This document shows positions 38,727 to 51,559 of a stretch of DNA of 64,000 nt, in pieces; position 1 is the first letter of the stretch, and each line of letters begins with the position of its first letter. Both the position numbers and the translations under genes were made by a program. The stretch comes from Octopus sinensis (taxonomy: Eukaryota): assembly GCF_006345805.1 (NCBI RefSeq), contig NC_042998.1, forward strand, positions 992,001 through 1,056,000, written 5' to 3'. Below the pieces are notes generated by a model. The model saw only the letters and a program-made list of their open reading frames with translations, searched no databases and had not been told where the DNA came from.

Positions 38727-39224
38727 TGCGTCGGGAATGCTTTTGATCATAGGTTTGCTCAGTCATACAACAAAATGGCAACACTGAAACTTATAATCCA
38801 TTCAACGCTAACCTGGCCACTACAAACAAGTAGCAGACATTCATACAAAATGTCTCACAAACAAATAACAAGCAAATGCGGGATACAAGTTTGTCATTCA
38901 ATGTATTGCAATGTATTTGACTGTATGTGTGTTGTATTTGTTACAAGTTATTGACCTATGTTCTACAAACCACGACCACCAGGACGGAGACCAGTGCCGG
39001 TCCGTGAATCATTTGTTACTGGGCTGCACAAAAATAGAATTGAAGCTTTATTTCTATTTTACTGTCTTTCGCAATCTGCTGGGTGTTTTTGTAGTATTGA
39101 TGTATGATATATGTAAGAATTAAATTATATTAAAATAATACGTATAAGCATAAAAGTCTTTCCTGAGTCATTCATGCTAACAGGGCCAGTTTTTCCGGTG
39201 TCCGTGGTGCATATATTTTCTATT

Positions 39225-39390
39225 TCTTTACTAGCCACAAGGGGCTAAACACAGAGGGGACAAACAAGGAGAGACAAACGGATTAAGTCGATTATATCGC
39301 CCCCAGTGCGTAACTGGTACTTAATTTATCGACCCCGAAAGGATGAAAGGCAAAGTCGACTTCGGCGGAATTTGAACTCAGAACGTAACG
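39225..39390 (-). mobile_element. SINE group B core+linker fragment
   Basis: ccacaaggggctaaacacagagg linker and gtcgacttcggcggaatttgaactcag core. Confidence 0.85.
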
Positions 39391-39684
39391 GTTAGTGGGA
39401 AAATGGTTTTGCGTGAAACCGGTCCGTGATGCAAATAGGTTTAGGTAGTAGTGTTGTAAACAGCAATGCTAAATGTATATTCTGTAAAAACACAAGAATT
39501 GACCGCACATTGATGTATATGCAAATCTATGTACAAATGTTTCTACTGTCTCGAGTAAAATGCAATAGTTATTTCTGCCGTACAACCAATTTCTTGTAAC
39601 CAGCATGATGTACAGCTAACGTCGTGTATAAAACAAGAAGTTGACTTTAAGAATAGTTACGATTTCATTTTATTTGGAAAGAGG

Positions 39685-39875
39685 CAACGGCGAGCTGACA
39701 GAATCGTTGGCAAAATACTTAGTAGTACTTTGCCCGTCGCTATGTTCTGAGTTCAAATTCCGTCGAGGTCGACACTGCCTGTCATCCTTTCAGGGTCGAT
39801 AAATAAAGTACCAGTGAAACACTGGGGTCGATCTAATCGACTAGTCCCTACACCATAATTTCAGGCCTTCTGTCT
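39685..39875 (+). mobile_element. SINE group B monomer
   Basis: Head cggcgagctgacagaatcg and core. Confidence 0.85.
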
Positions 39876-40233
39876 TTAGTCAACCTGCCGACGATTCATA
39901 TATTTTAATAACCGATAGGGGAAATCAAAATAGACCTCGGTGGGATTTCGTCTTAAAATGTTTCTATGAATATCACAATTATTAGAATAAATGCCGTATT
40001 TTGCCAGTGAAATATGGAGAAAAGAAAACGGAAAAAAAGACTCGCGTTTAACATGAACTTAGCGTATTTGATGGCATATATGACACACATATTTTAAAGA
40101 AACTATCCCAAAACGTATCCTAGGTCGAGTCCTTCATATAAAGCTGATCCTCTCATAAGGTAGTTTTGACCCTGAAGCTTACCAGTTATTGCTTTATATT
40201 CAACTGTACAACTAATTTACTTTTTATATACAG

Positions 40234-40677
40234 TACTCTTTACTCTCTTTTTACTCTTTTACTTATTTCAGTCATGTGATTGTGGCCATGCTGGAGCACC
40301 GCCTTTAGTTGAGCAAATCGACCACAGGACTTATTCTATGTAAGCCTAGTACTTATTCTATCGGGGTCTTTTGCCGAACCGCTAAGTTACGGGGACGTAA
40401 ACACACCAGCATCGGTTGTCAAGCGATGTTGGGGGGAAACACAGACACACAAACATATACACACGCATACATAAATATATATTTATATATATATATATAT
40501 ACATACATACATATATACGACGGGATTCTTTCAGCTTCCGTCTACCAAATCCACTCACAAGGCTTGGGTCGGCCCAAGGCTATAGTAGAAGAAACTTGCC
40601 CAAGGTGCCACGCAGTGGGACTGAACCCGAAACCATGTGGATTGTAAGCAAGCTACACACCACACAGCCACTCCTAC
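40234..40677 (-). mobile_element. Complete SINE group C (tRNA-like head, CORE-like block, internal microsatellite, CR1-type tail)
   Basis: gtaggagtggctgtgtgg head; caccttgggcaagtttcttc; TA/TG run at 40455-40515; tail ctccagcatggcc...gactgaaataagtaaaagag repeats. Confidence 0.9.
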
Positions 40678-40744
40678 GTCTAATTTTTTTTTTTTTTTGC
40701 GTTAGCGAAGATACTGTTGTAATGTGTTTTTAATGTACTGCTCC

Positions 40745-41680
40745 ATTGCTTCAAATATTGGCACAAGGCTAGCAATTTTGAGGAAGTGTTTAAGTCGATT
40801 ACCCCAGGGTTTAACTGCTACTTATTTTATCAAACCCCGAAAGAATGAAAGGTAAAGAATTTGAACTCAGAACAATAAGAAGGACGAAATGCTAAGCATT
40901 TTGACCGGCGTGCTAACGATTCTGACGGCTCACCGCCTTCAATGCTTTAAATATTACAAGAGTTAATGCACTAAAGCCGTTTTTACCTGAATAAGCACTG
41001 CTGAAATCGGGGTACGTCTAATATGCCAGGGCATCTTTTGTACCAACAAATTCGAGACACATTCGCAAAGATTTTCTCAATACAAATACTCCTTAAAGCA
41101 CCTTTGGTCTACCTTCTGGAATAAAGAATATGTTGGATGCTACTTCCGTTTCATGTATTACTTTCAAAAATCAATTTCACTCACGGAAAAGTGACTTCTG
41201 TACATATTTCAACCAGTTTTTTTCTAAATATGTATATAAGTCTTTCTATGTTTGGCACACAACCAGAAATATTTAAGGGAAAATGTAATTTGATTACATT
41301 GATCTTAGTGCATGACTTTCATTTCATCGACCCCTGAGGAATGAAAGGCAAAGTAGACGCTCGTCGAATTTGAACTTAGAACATTACACCCAGGAAAAAA
41401 TACCGCTAGACATTTTGTCCGATGCGTTAATGACTCTGCTAACTCACCCAACTTAAATGCGTATACAACAGTTTCAAATTTTGGCACAAGGCCATACATT
41501 TTAAGGGAGAGGGTAAGTCAATTACATCGACCGCAGTGTTCGCTTGGTACATATTTTACCAACCCCGAAAGGATGAAAAGGATGTCAAACTCAGCGGATT
41601 TTGAACCCAAAACGTAAAGAGCTTGAAGAAATGACATTTTTTCTGACGCAGTAACGATTCTGCCAGCTTAGCGCCTTATA
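40745..41680 (-). mobile_element. Three SINE group B monomers
   Basis: Copies at ~40745-40940, ~41280-41455 and ~41465-41680. Confidence 0.8.
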
Positions 41681-41709
41681 TGTGTTTGTAATGAAAAAAT
41701 TTTTTCTAT

Positions 41710-42092
41710 TCTAGGTTCAAGGCCTGAAATTTTGGCGGAGGGGGCCAGTCGATTAGATCGAACCCCAGTACGCAACTGGTACTTAATCTATCGACCCCGA
41801 AAGGATGAAAGGCAAAGTCGACCTCGGCGGAATTTGATCTCAGAACATAAAGACAGGCGAAATACCTATTTCTTTACTACCCACAAGGGGCTAAACACAG
41901 AGGGGACAAACAAACGGATTAAGTCGATTACATCGACCCCAGTGTGTAACTGGTACTTATTTAATCGAGCCCGAAAGGATGAAAGGCAAAGTCGACCTCG
42001 GTGGAATTTGAACCCAGAACGTAACGGCAGACGAAATACGGCTCCACATTTCGCCCGGCGTGCTAACCACTCTGCCAGCCCCTCGCCGCCTA
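41710..42092 (-). mobile_element. SINE group B internal dimer
   Basis: Two cores 174 bp apart joined by a shortened linker; one head, one tail. Confidence 0.88.
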
Positions 42093-42945
42093 AAATGTTA
42101 TGATTGGTTCAGGTTTTAAACGCATACGCTTCTTTCCCATTAAATGGAGTTGTATCATCGATCTAAGATATGTTCAAAGGACTCAGTATTATAATATAGA
42201 TTTTTGCATAAATTTTGAACTGAAGTCTACAGCTATCAACGAGAATTCTCACTACCGCCATTTCTGTCCTTTGTATTGTGTATTGCCATAAAACTTGTGA
42301 GTCAGTCTTTGCGAAAGTTGAGTAATCATGCATGCGTGTTCATATCCTTCATGGCCAAAATTTTAACATTTGTCTTCCTTTTTAATGGAACCAAGTTTTT
42401 GTGGATGAGTAACAGTTTTTACGTCAAGCAATAATCATAAAATAAAATTTTAAAAATCTAACAAATTACATTAAAAACATGTAAAACTGTTTGAGATAAA
42501 TCTGATAAACCGAATGCAATAATTTTTCTTTGAACAAAACACAATACCTTTATATAAAAAGGAATATTAAACAGAATAGAATGCCTTACATATAGTTTAT
42601 GTTTTAACGACTTTGTAGGAATAAACGAAGAAGTCGGAACAGGCGTAGAGGATGTTCAACGGATAACATTGATATAACAAATTTGAGAGGAAAGTGGTAT
42701 ACAAGTGTTATAAAGAAGAAACTTGTTTGAATATTTGTATGTGCACGTATGATACTATAAAACGGTACTAAATGTTGAAAGAAACTATTAAAGCTGTTTC
42801 TATTTCATTTCCTATAGTCTTCATACAACTGTTTTACATATATATACACACATACACTACCCCTACTCATATATATATATAAGGATAAGATCAGGTGACC
42901 AGCATGGGAATAAAAACCTTTCAAAGGTAATAATTATTAAAATTT

Positions 42946-43116
42946 ATAATTTAGGGTATCTAAGAGATACGACCACGCTGGAAATAGTAGTCAAAACTTG
43001 ACTCTATGAACATTTAATGTATGAACATCTTGTTGTACGAAATTTAATGTTGTTTTAGAGTCAAGTTTTGACTGCTATTTCCAGCGTGGTGGTATCTCTT
43101 AGATACCCAAAATTAT
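42946..43116. repeat. Foldback inverted repeat, 61 bp arms
   Basis: 42946-43006 vs 43056-43116; three mismatches by eye; followed by (TA)n. Confidence 0.9.
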
Positions 43117-43121
43117 AATTT

Positions 43122-43187
<66 letters not shown>

Positions 43188-43191
<4 letters not shown>

Positions 43192-43385
43192 TCTTCAGCC
43201 ATGTAACAACCACACGTATTTTTCTCAGGCTATTCTTTTCCTTCTCTCTGGATATTCCTCCTTACGACGAGTAGCCATGGTCGAAACCTCCACAACCCGT
43301 CTTTTTTCCATCTTAAACACCTAATATATTCGCTGTGTACGTCCTTCTGGTTTTTGTTTGCTTTGTTTTTATCTTCAATTTGCTA
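43188..43385 (+). mobile_element. Probable Penelope-like terminal fragment between (TA)n tracts
   Basis: cgac...gtcgaaacc stem motif, then a T-rich tail like the neighbouring fragments. Confidence 0.4.
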
Positions 43386-43391
43386 TATTAT

Positions 43392-43439
<48 letters not shown>

Positions 43440-43479
43440 ATAGAGGAGAGAGGAGAGAGAGAGAGAGAGAGAGAGGAGA

Positions 43480-43650
43480 TTCACAAAAAAACCACAAAAG
43501 ACGAAGAAAGGCGGTGTAGACAAACAGATTTATTTGTATAATGCTCGGGAAGTGAAAACGTTTTTAACGTTTCGAGCCTACGCTCTTCTACAGAAAGAAA
43601 CAAGGAGAGAAAATAAGGAATGTGTAGTGGCTAGCGATCTTTCATGGCGA
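43480..43650 (-). mobile_element. Penelope-like terminal fragment with a minimal hammerhead-like motif
   Basis: Minus strand ctgtagaagagcgtaggctcgaaacgtt (43566-43593); homologous to 17095-17270. Confidence 0.6.
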
Positions 43651-44594
43651 TGTCACTGAATTTTCAGCCACTCAGTATATACACTAAGATGCTTTTGCTT
43701 GAGATCAGCTTAATCCTGATTCTGCATGTTTCTCTCTGTGGCGTTCCAGATACAACCATCACTCATAATGTTTTTCAGAAACATGGTTCCTTCCTTCTTA
43801 AACGTGTGTTTTGATGGAGATTTGACAAATATTTTTGCTAATCCTTGAAAGAGCGCCGAAAAGCACAGATTATTATTCTACACCTTCGAAACCTGAAAGA
43901 GGAGAAGAAAACTGTTAAAGCTCGGAGACCTTACTTTGATTACAGAGTCGCAGTTATTTCACTTCATTCATGTTGCTAATATTCTAAAGGAAGTCATAAA
44001 CATTGTTAAGAGACATTTCATTTCTAGATATTTTAGGCCATGTTTCTCTAAAAGAAATAATGATTCTTCCTACTCCATTGTGTCAAAACTACATCTGTTC
44101 TGTATCTACTTACATTCACACTCTCTCTCTCTTCCTCTCGTCTCCTTTTCTTCCTCACTTTGTCCTTTTTTTTTCTTCTTTAACATGTTTTCTTTTCGTC
44201 TCATATCTACCCATCTTTAAAGATGTTCCTTCCATCCATATGTACCAACTTAATAAAACAAAAACCAAAGACAAAACAAAATCAACTCCTACGACACTAA
44301 CCACTCGAAATACATCTTCAAGGAATTTACCTATTAGATCTGTCTGATTGTACAGTGCCGCGTTCCTTATTTTCAACCATATGGAAGATCTCCTGATGGG
44401 AGAATGAAGGGACATACAAGAATTCTTCACTTAAAGTTGGGGGCAGCAATAATGAATTTCCGGTTTAGAAATCACAATAGAATTTATTCAACTTTTCTAT
44501 TCCTTCATTTATTCGTTCGTTTATTTCATTCAGATACGACGTCTTCAACTGAGTCAGTGTGAAATTGTGGCATATGCATGTATGTATGTATGGT

Positions 44595-44635
<41 letters not shown>

Positions 44636-44640
<5 letters not shown>

Positions 44641-44731
44641 ATCCAAACAAGAAAACACAAAAAACACAACAACGCGAGGACGTGGAACAAATATAGTATT
44701 ACTGGACGCTCAGGAAAGAAGGGAAGAAGGA

Positions 44732-44737
<6 letters not shown>
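44636..44737 (-). mobile_element. Short terminal fragment related to the Penelope-like ends, embedded in (TA)n
   Basis: acgtggaacaaatatagtattactggacgctcaggaaag resembles the gtattag...cgctcgggaag block of 17145-17162. Confidence 0.45.
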
Positions 44738-44771
<34 letters not shown>

Positions 44772-45234
44772 TTGTATGAATTATATATATATGTATTATA
44801 TACACACACATATATATGAATTATATATATATATATGTGTGTGTATTATATATATATGTATTATATATATACACATATATATGTGTGTGTATTATGTATT
44901 ATATATACACACACATATATGTATATATATGTGTGTATTATATATATAATATATACACATATATACATATGTGTATAAGCGTGTGCGTGTGTGCGGTGCA
45001 AAAAAAATATGCAACACGAAGACGAAGTAAAAACATATCAGGGGATATTGCGCTGACGCTCATGAAATGGGGAGGAAAAGAAAAGAATGAAACGATGCAA
45101 AATAAAAAGAAACAAAAGCAAAGACGACGTCAGCGGAATTGGAAACGAGAACAAAAAGCCGGAAGAAATACCACGAAGCATCTGTCCGGCATCCCTTCCA
45201 TACTGCCAGCTGCCCACCTTTCTTACTATAATAT

Positions 45235-45632
45235 TACTGACCGCTTACGCCGTACGAAATGCTTAGCAGCATTTCATCTGCCGCTACGTTCTGAGTTCAT
45301 ATTCCGCCGTGGTCGACTTTGCCTTTCGTCCTTTCGGGGTCGAAAAATTAAGTACCAGTTACGCACTGGGGTTGATGTAATCGACTTAACCCCTTTGTCT
45401 GTCCTTGTTTGTCCTCTCTGTGTTTAGCCCCTTGTGGGTAGTAAAGAAATAGGTATTTCGTCTGCCTCTACGTTCTGAGTTCAAATTCCGCCGAGGTCGA
45501 CTTTGCATTTCATCCTTTCGGAGTCGATATATTAAGTACCAGTTGCGTACTGGGGTCAATCTAATCGACAGCCCCCCCCCCCACCACCACCACCAAATTT
45601 CGGGCCTTTTGCTTACAGTAGAAAAGAATATT
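45235..45632 (+). mobile_element. SINE group B internal dimer
   Basis: tacgttctgagttca at 45285 and 45469 (184 bp period). Confidence 0.9.
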
Positions 45633-46044
45633 TATGGGACAGAAAATAAAAGTTCGTGTGTGTTGTTCATGACGTTTCATAAAACATTTCACTGGTACCG
45701 TTTTCTTTTTTTTTTTTTTTAGATTTATCCAGAATTTAAGTAGACACAGGAGGAATTTGAACTCAGACAGTGAGACACCAAACTACATACAGCAGAGCAT
45801 TGAGTCATTAGAGCTAGTTAACACTGTGTCGCAATGTATTTGCGAATTAAGTATTTTATTTACTTATGTACTTGTTTGTGGGGAATACTCAGAGTTAAGG
45901 AATTTTTCCTTTGTTTTTGTTGTACGGTTTGGTTCTTTATTTTGTCCTTGTTTTCTTTGTATTTTCATTTATTTTAAATCACATGACTCGTCCTACTCCA
46001 GCACATATTTACACATTCTGTCTGTCTCTCTGTTTTTTTTTTAC

Positions 46045-46048
46045 TTTC

Positions 46049-46113
<65 letters not shown>
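46045..46113. repeat. (CTAT)n microsatellite
   Basis: Direct reading. Confidence 0.95.
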
Positions 46114-46115
<2 letters not shown>

Positions 46116-47214
46116 TTTTCTGCGCTTCCTGGGCCTTGACTGCTGTAATATCCATCCTAATTATAAACACTGTAAGCTATTAACGAGACATTTTCTTTTA
46201 CTTTTCCTTTTTCAGTTGAACTAAATCTGCCAATCTGTTTCTACTCCTCTTGTAGCGTTTTGTTGAGAAAATAAACAACTGTTCCAGCACCTCGCCACCA
46301 TCTTAGTTCCATCTATCGATAACAACATCTTTTTCACATTCCTCTGTGCCTTTTCTTCTTTACTTTCCCCTTCCCCATATCACTATCAAATGTCGCTCTC
46401 TATCTTTCTTTATTTCTTCTCTCATCTTTTCTATCAATTTCTCTCTCTCTCTCTCTTTCTATCTCTAGCTCCTCTCACCCCTTCTCCTCCTTTCACTATT
46501 CATCTCACATTTTCCTTTATTTTTCTGTTTATTTTTATATTTTCTTCACCAACTGCCCTTATTTTCATCTCCATACAACTCTCCTTCTCTCCTTCTCTCT
46601 GCCTCTTTCTATTTCCCTCTTCCTCCTCCTGCTGCTTCATCTTCTTAATATCTCTTGTATAAAAAAAGTGTCCTCCCTTTCTTTAAACTTATTTCCATAT
46701 ACCTTCTTTCTTTGTTTGAAAGCTAAATGATGTTATTTTTGTTGCTGTTGTTGTTATTCTTATCATTCATGGTTTGAGAAACACATCAAGTTTCCATTAT
46801 TTTGTGTGTTCCGCTGCAGCATCAGGTGCACCTTCAGGCTCCTCAGGTCTGGGCAGTGTTGTCTTTATAGCATTAGAATTTACCCATAACAACGTTAGAA
46901 TTCTGTTTGCATGCTACTTTGTTGCGGTGTTTGGTTTTTTGTTCGATGATAGTCTCATCAAATTATGTGAAGTGCTTGTGGGCCTTTCATAGCTCAGCGC
47001 CTCCTCTCACCGAGAAATACCTTGCAAATGCCACCTTCCACATGTTTTGTAATCCCCGTCCACCAAAAGACATCAGATTATTTTAACCAAATTTAAGATG
47101 ATTATCTATATATTTTTATGCTATTTCATTCTCATATCTACATTTAGATATTTGCATAGACTAGTGTCCCCTGTATTAGATATTTATGGAAATGACTAAA
47201 GCAGGTGAGGATTT

Positions 47215-47790
47215 ATATCGGGATTTCAAACTTTGACGGAAGGCCAGCAATCAGAAGGGGTTAATAGTTGATTACATAGAATTTAGTACTCAAATGGTAC
47301 TTATTTTCTCAATCCCTAGAAAACGAAAGGTAAAGTCGACCTCAGAACGTAAAAAAAACTGGAAGGAATACCTATATCTTTACTACCCACAATGGGCTAA
47401 ACACAGAGAGGACAAACAAGGACAGACAAAGGGATTAAATCGATTATATCGACCCCAGTGCGTAACTGGTACTTATTTAATCGACCCCGAAAGGATGAAA
47501 GGCAAAGTCGACCTCGGCGGAATTTGAGCTCACAACGTAGCAGCAAGCGAAATACCTATTTCTTTACTACCCACAATGGGGCTAAACACAGAGAGGACAA
47601 ACAAGGACAGACAAACGGATTAAGTCGATTATATTGACCCCAGTGCGTAAATGGTACTTAATTTATCGACCCCGAAAGGATGAAAGGCAAAGTCGACCTC
47701 GGCGGAATATGAACTCAGAACGTAACGGTAGGCGAAATATCGCTAAGCATTTCGTCCGGTGCGCTAACGATTCTGCCAATTCGCCGCCTT
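47215..47790 (-). mobile_element. SINE group B internal trimer
   Basis: Three cores at ~185 bp period with two linkers, one head and one tail. Confidence 0.88.
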
Positions 47791-49434
47791 GACGATCTAT
47801 ATAATAACATTTTATTAGGCCTAACTTGTCCGACCTTCAGTTATTTGAAAATATAAATATTGTAGTTGATTTGGATATTTCATTTATAAGAAAAACCACA
47901 ACTGATCTCCACTCTCAGCACTCCCCTCCAAAACACCTTCACATTCCGTGCCTCCTTTTGAGCTAACAACACCTCTAAAAGAAAACTATCATCCATGTTG
48001 GCTTGCTCTTGAGGGCATCCAATATGTATAATGTGAGTTGTATTATTTTATTGAGTGATGTTTTTTGTACACATTGGGTGATTGGTGGCGTGTAAGATGC
48101 TGACAGCAGGGTTGCCTTTCGGATTTTAGATAACATTGTGAGCCTTGGTGTAGTCGTAGGGTTTTTGTTCATATTACTGTTTTGGCGGAGATGATCACAT
48201 GGTCAGTCTTAGAAGATAACGGAGCCAATAACTTCTCCTCCCATTAGTACTGCCTCATCTTCTTGCGACGATGAGAACCAAATGAAGGCTGGAAAGGAGT
48301 GGCAGGCTGTCACAGGGTAAAGGAAAAGGAAGAGAAGACAGAAAAAGAACGGTGATCTTAGGCAAAGGCCATATACTGCGTTGGAAGAATAGTTACGCAT
48401 TCACCAGCGACAGGTGTTCTCAGTACCGTGAATGGTAACGTGTAATTGAGATACAAGCTAGACATTTACAAAGTTGATAAGGATGATAATTTTTTTGTTC
48501 AAGGAAGCATATTTAGAGCCGGCCGAATAAAATGAAGCAGGTAGAAGTTAAGCTGTTGGTGAAGACTACATCTATGGCCTATCACAGCATAAAGCACAAT
48601 ACCTAGAGGGCGCTGAATGGTTTTTATTATGGCCAGCCAAGAAGATACTTACAGATGCTTTGGAAGTACTCAGTTTCAATATAATGAGTAATAGACGAAC
48701 AAAGTCATGACGTGTTCCAACTCGATCTGGGCGATAGGTTCTTATGCTTGTGTTGATGATTACACTATCTGCTCTCTTCCTATTTACCACATTATATGTT
48801 TTATTTTGATTATTGTATATCTTTATATAATCAACTGTTTATTCAATGTGTTTAATTTCATCAAACTTTTAACGCATCTTTCTCCTCGTATTTAAACAAC
48901 TTTTACTCGTCCGTTTATTTTTCCCTTCTTCTAAGTAATTGAAAAAAGAATCAAGAGAAATAAAGCAGCAATAACACCAGGGGGTTCAGAAGCTGCTACC
49001 CCATCAGTAATCCCCCTCGAAACTTCGGAATTGCTGGAGGAGAATACCTCGTCCGCAGTTCTAGGAACTGATCAAGAAGCTGTAAGATCAATTCCTTTGG
49101 TATTACCAGCGGTGATAGTGTGGGAGGGAAGTGTTCTACTGCAGAAACAACAAACGATCCGCGGGAGACCACAAAATCTATCACGTCCTCGATTCCAGAA
49201 ATTGATGAATAGGTAACCGTCCCCTCCCGTAACTAAAACGGCTTTCCCATCGTTTTCTCTCGGTGGAGATTCAATGGACGTGGAGAGGGGGCAGCAGGAA
49301 AGGAGTGAAGGAGCAAAACCCAACAGAAGAAGAACCACAAGATCGATCTAATATTGCAGAATACACGAGAAGGCAACGACGTCGATCGATCGTAGTTTAC
49401 AGAGCCATAGGATCATTATTGTTGTTGTTGTTGT

Positions 49435-49752
49435 GAAGGCGCGTGATTTAGTGGTTCGGGTATTCAGCCCACGACCTAATGATCGTGAGTTCGAATCACT
49501 GTGGTGTGTTGTGTTCTTGAGCAGGACACTTCATTTCTCATCTTACCAGTTCACTCATCTGGTAAAATTGAGTTGTACCTATATTTCAAAGGGCCAACCT
49601 TGTCGTATTCTCTGTCACGCTGAATCTCCCCAAGAACTAAGTTAATGGTACGCATGACTGTGACGTGCTCAACCACTTGCACGATAATTTCACGAACAGG
49701 CTAATCCGTTGATACGATCAACTGGAACCCTGGTCGTCGTAACAGACGGAGG
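49435..49752 (+). mobile_element. CORE-like SINE head with tail T1
   Basis: gtgaaggcgcgtg head; ttcttgagcaggacacttc; tail gtcacgctgaatctcccc...gtcgtaacagacgga. Confidence 0.82.
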
Positions 49753-49994
49753 ACCTCTTTATTGCTGTTATTTATGCATTTATTTTGGGATTCTTTTATT
49801 TTTCTTTAAAACTTTCCTTTCTGTTTTCTCTCTTTTTTTTTCTGAGACGATTCCTTTATTGTTCCTTCGTTTTATTCATCAGATTTATGCTTAAGTGCCC
49901 TTCCTTCACCCTCCCCCTTCTTATTTTCTTTCCTCCTCTCTCTTACTATCTTTCTCTCTCCATATTAACTCATACATTTATTAACACACATTCA

Positions 49995-50121
49995 CACACG
50001 CTTCCCAACCACGTTCGGTCTCACTATGCGGCAATTTGACATGGTCGAGTCGTCTACAATAATCCTGGGCCGACCATAGCCTTGTGAGTGGACTTGGCGA
50101 GTGGACACTGAAAAAAGCCCG

Positions 50122-50125
<4 letters not shown>
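49995..50125 (+). mobile_element. SINE group C 5' half
   Basis: gggccgaccatagccttgtgagtggacttgg...actgaaaaaagcccg, then (TA)n. Confidence 0.7.
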
Positions 50126-50163
<38 letters not shown>

Positions 50164-50212
50164 GATATGTATATGAAGTGCCTCTTTCAGTTTACACACA
50201 CACATGTATATA

Positions 50213-50272
<60 letters not shown>

Positions 50273-50371
50273 TTTGCTATCTTACCGTTTTTACCAATAT
50301 ATATATATATATACATAAATTGAAAGAAGCACGTCATATGTGTATATGTGTGTATATGTGTATATACATAA

Positions 50372-51255
50372 CTTAGATATGTTTCGACCAAAGATTGGTC
50401 CAGGGTATGTCTAACTCAATCGCACTACCTGATAGGAATAGCTAAATCCTTTTTAAGTCATGTTTTCTGGTATCATGGTCCATTGGAGTAGGGAGTTCTT
50501 GTTGAGTGAGTTGTATTCAAGTATAAATGGCTTATCTGGTATTCCTTGAAGAAATTTGGCCAGTTTCCGTTTAAAGGCGATGTGATCCTTTTCCTCTTTG
50601 ATCTGTTTCAGGATAATGTTAAATAGTGCAGGGCCTGTTCCAGGAAAGAAATTGTAACGCAGTTTGTTTATGTGTTGTGATCCTGAATTGTGTAGGGGCC
50701 GTATGGCCCGTGGTCTTAACCATGGATGAATTTTGAAGCTAATGTTGTGGTCATTAGGGCAATGCTGGTGGTATATTCTCCACATCGTGCAAATGATGTA
50801 TCGCTCACGGCGGCGCTGGAGAGAATAGAGTTTCGATGCTTTAAGGCAGTCCCAATAATCGTGATCAGTCAATCCCTTGATTTCTTTAGTGAATGACCTC
50901 TGAGGTGATTCAATTTTCGAAATGCTTTGTTTTGTATGGGGCGACCACAGGGGGCAGCAATATTCGAGATGTGGCCGTACAAAGGGAGAGAAAAGAGGAA
51001 TGATGACACCTGTTCTCTGGACCGGAGGGTTCTTAGGATCCGGGCTCATCTTACGAGCTATATCGACCTTATTGTTGATGTGGGCACTCCAGTTGAGATT
51101 GTCGTCAACAATTACTCCCTGGTCTCTGATATTATTAGTTGCTGTGATGGTTCCCCTGAAGGAAGAGGATATGACTGTTTTAGCAATGTCGTTCTTCCAT
51201 AATGCATTAGCTCAAATTTTCCCTCGTTTAATTGCATTTTGTTTTGATTGCCCAT

Positions 51256-51319
<64 letters not shown>

Positions 51320-51400
51320 GACGGCCGTTCAAGAATTTGGATCTGGAGATCTCCATTTCCAGCGACTTCGAGGGCCACCTCCCAGTGGTGTCGGGCGCAG
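50372..51400 (-). mobile_element. 5'-truncated CR1-like LINE (family 3) with (GT)n inside the RT region
   Basis: NKMQLNEGKFELMHYG; FSPFVRPHLEYCCPLWSPH, KLYSLQRRRERYIIC; 3' UTR like family 1. Confidence 0.88.
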
Positions 51401-51559
51401 ACGAAGAGCCCTCGACTACAACAAAACGACCAAATTTTTTTTCCAAGGTCTGGGGTCTCCCGCCCCTAAGCCCTAGACCCTCACCTAATCACCCTTACTC
51501 GTCTTATTGCTTAACAACAACAACACATATGAGGTGTTTCTTTCAATTTACACATATTT

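Noticed and set aside
47215-47790. CRISPR-like regularly spaced repeats
   Set aside because: Eukaryotic DNA; the units are ~185 bp SINE modules with identical linkers, not unique spacers.
46790-48790. Possible piggyBac or exon remnants (46790-47060, 47900-48400, 48540-48790)
   Set aside because: No convincing catalytic motif, TTAA/TIR or consistent frame.
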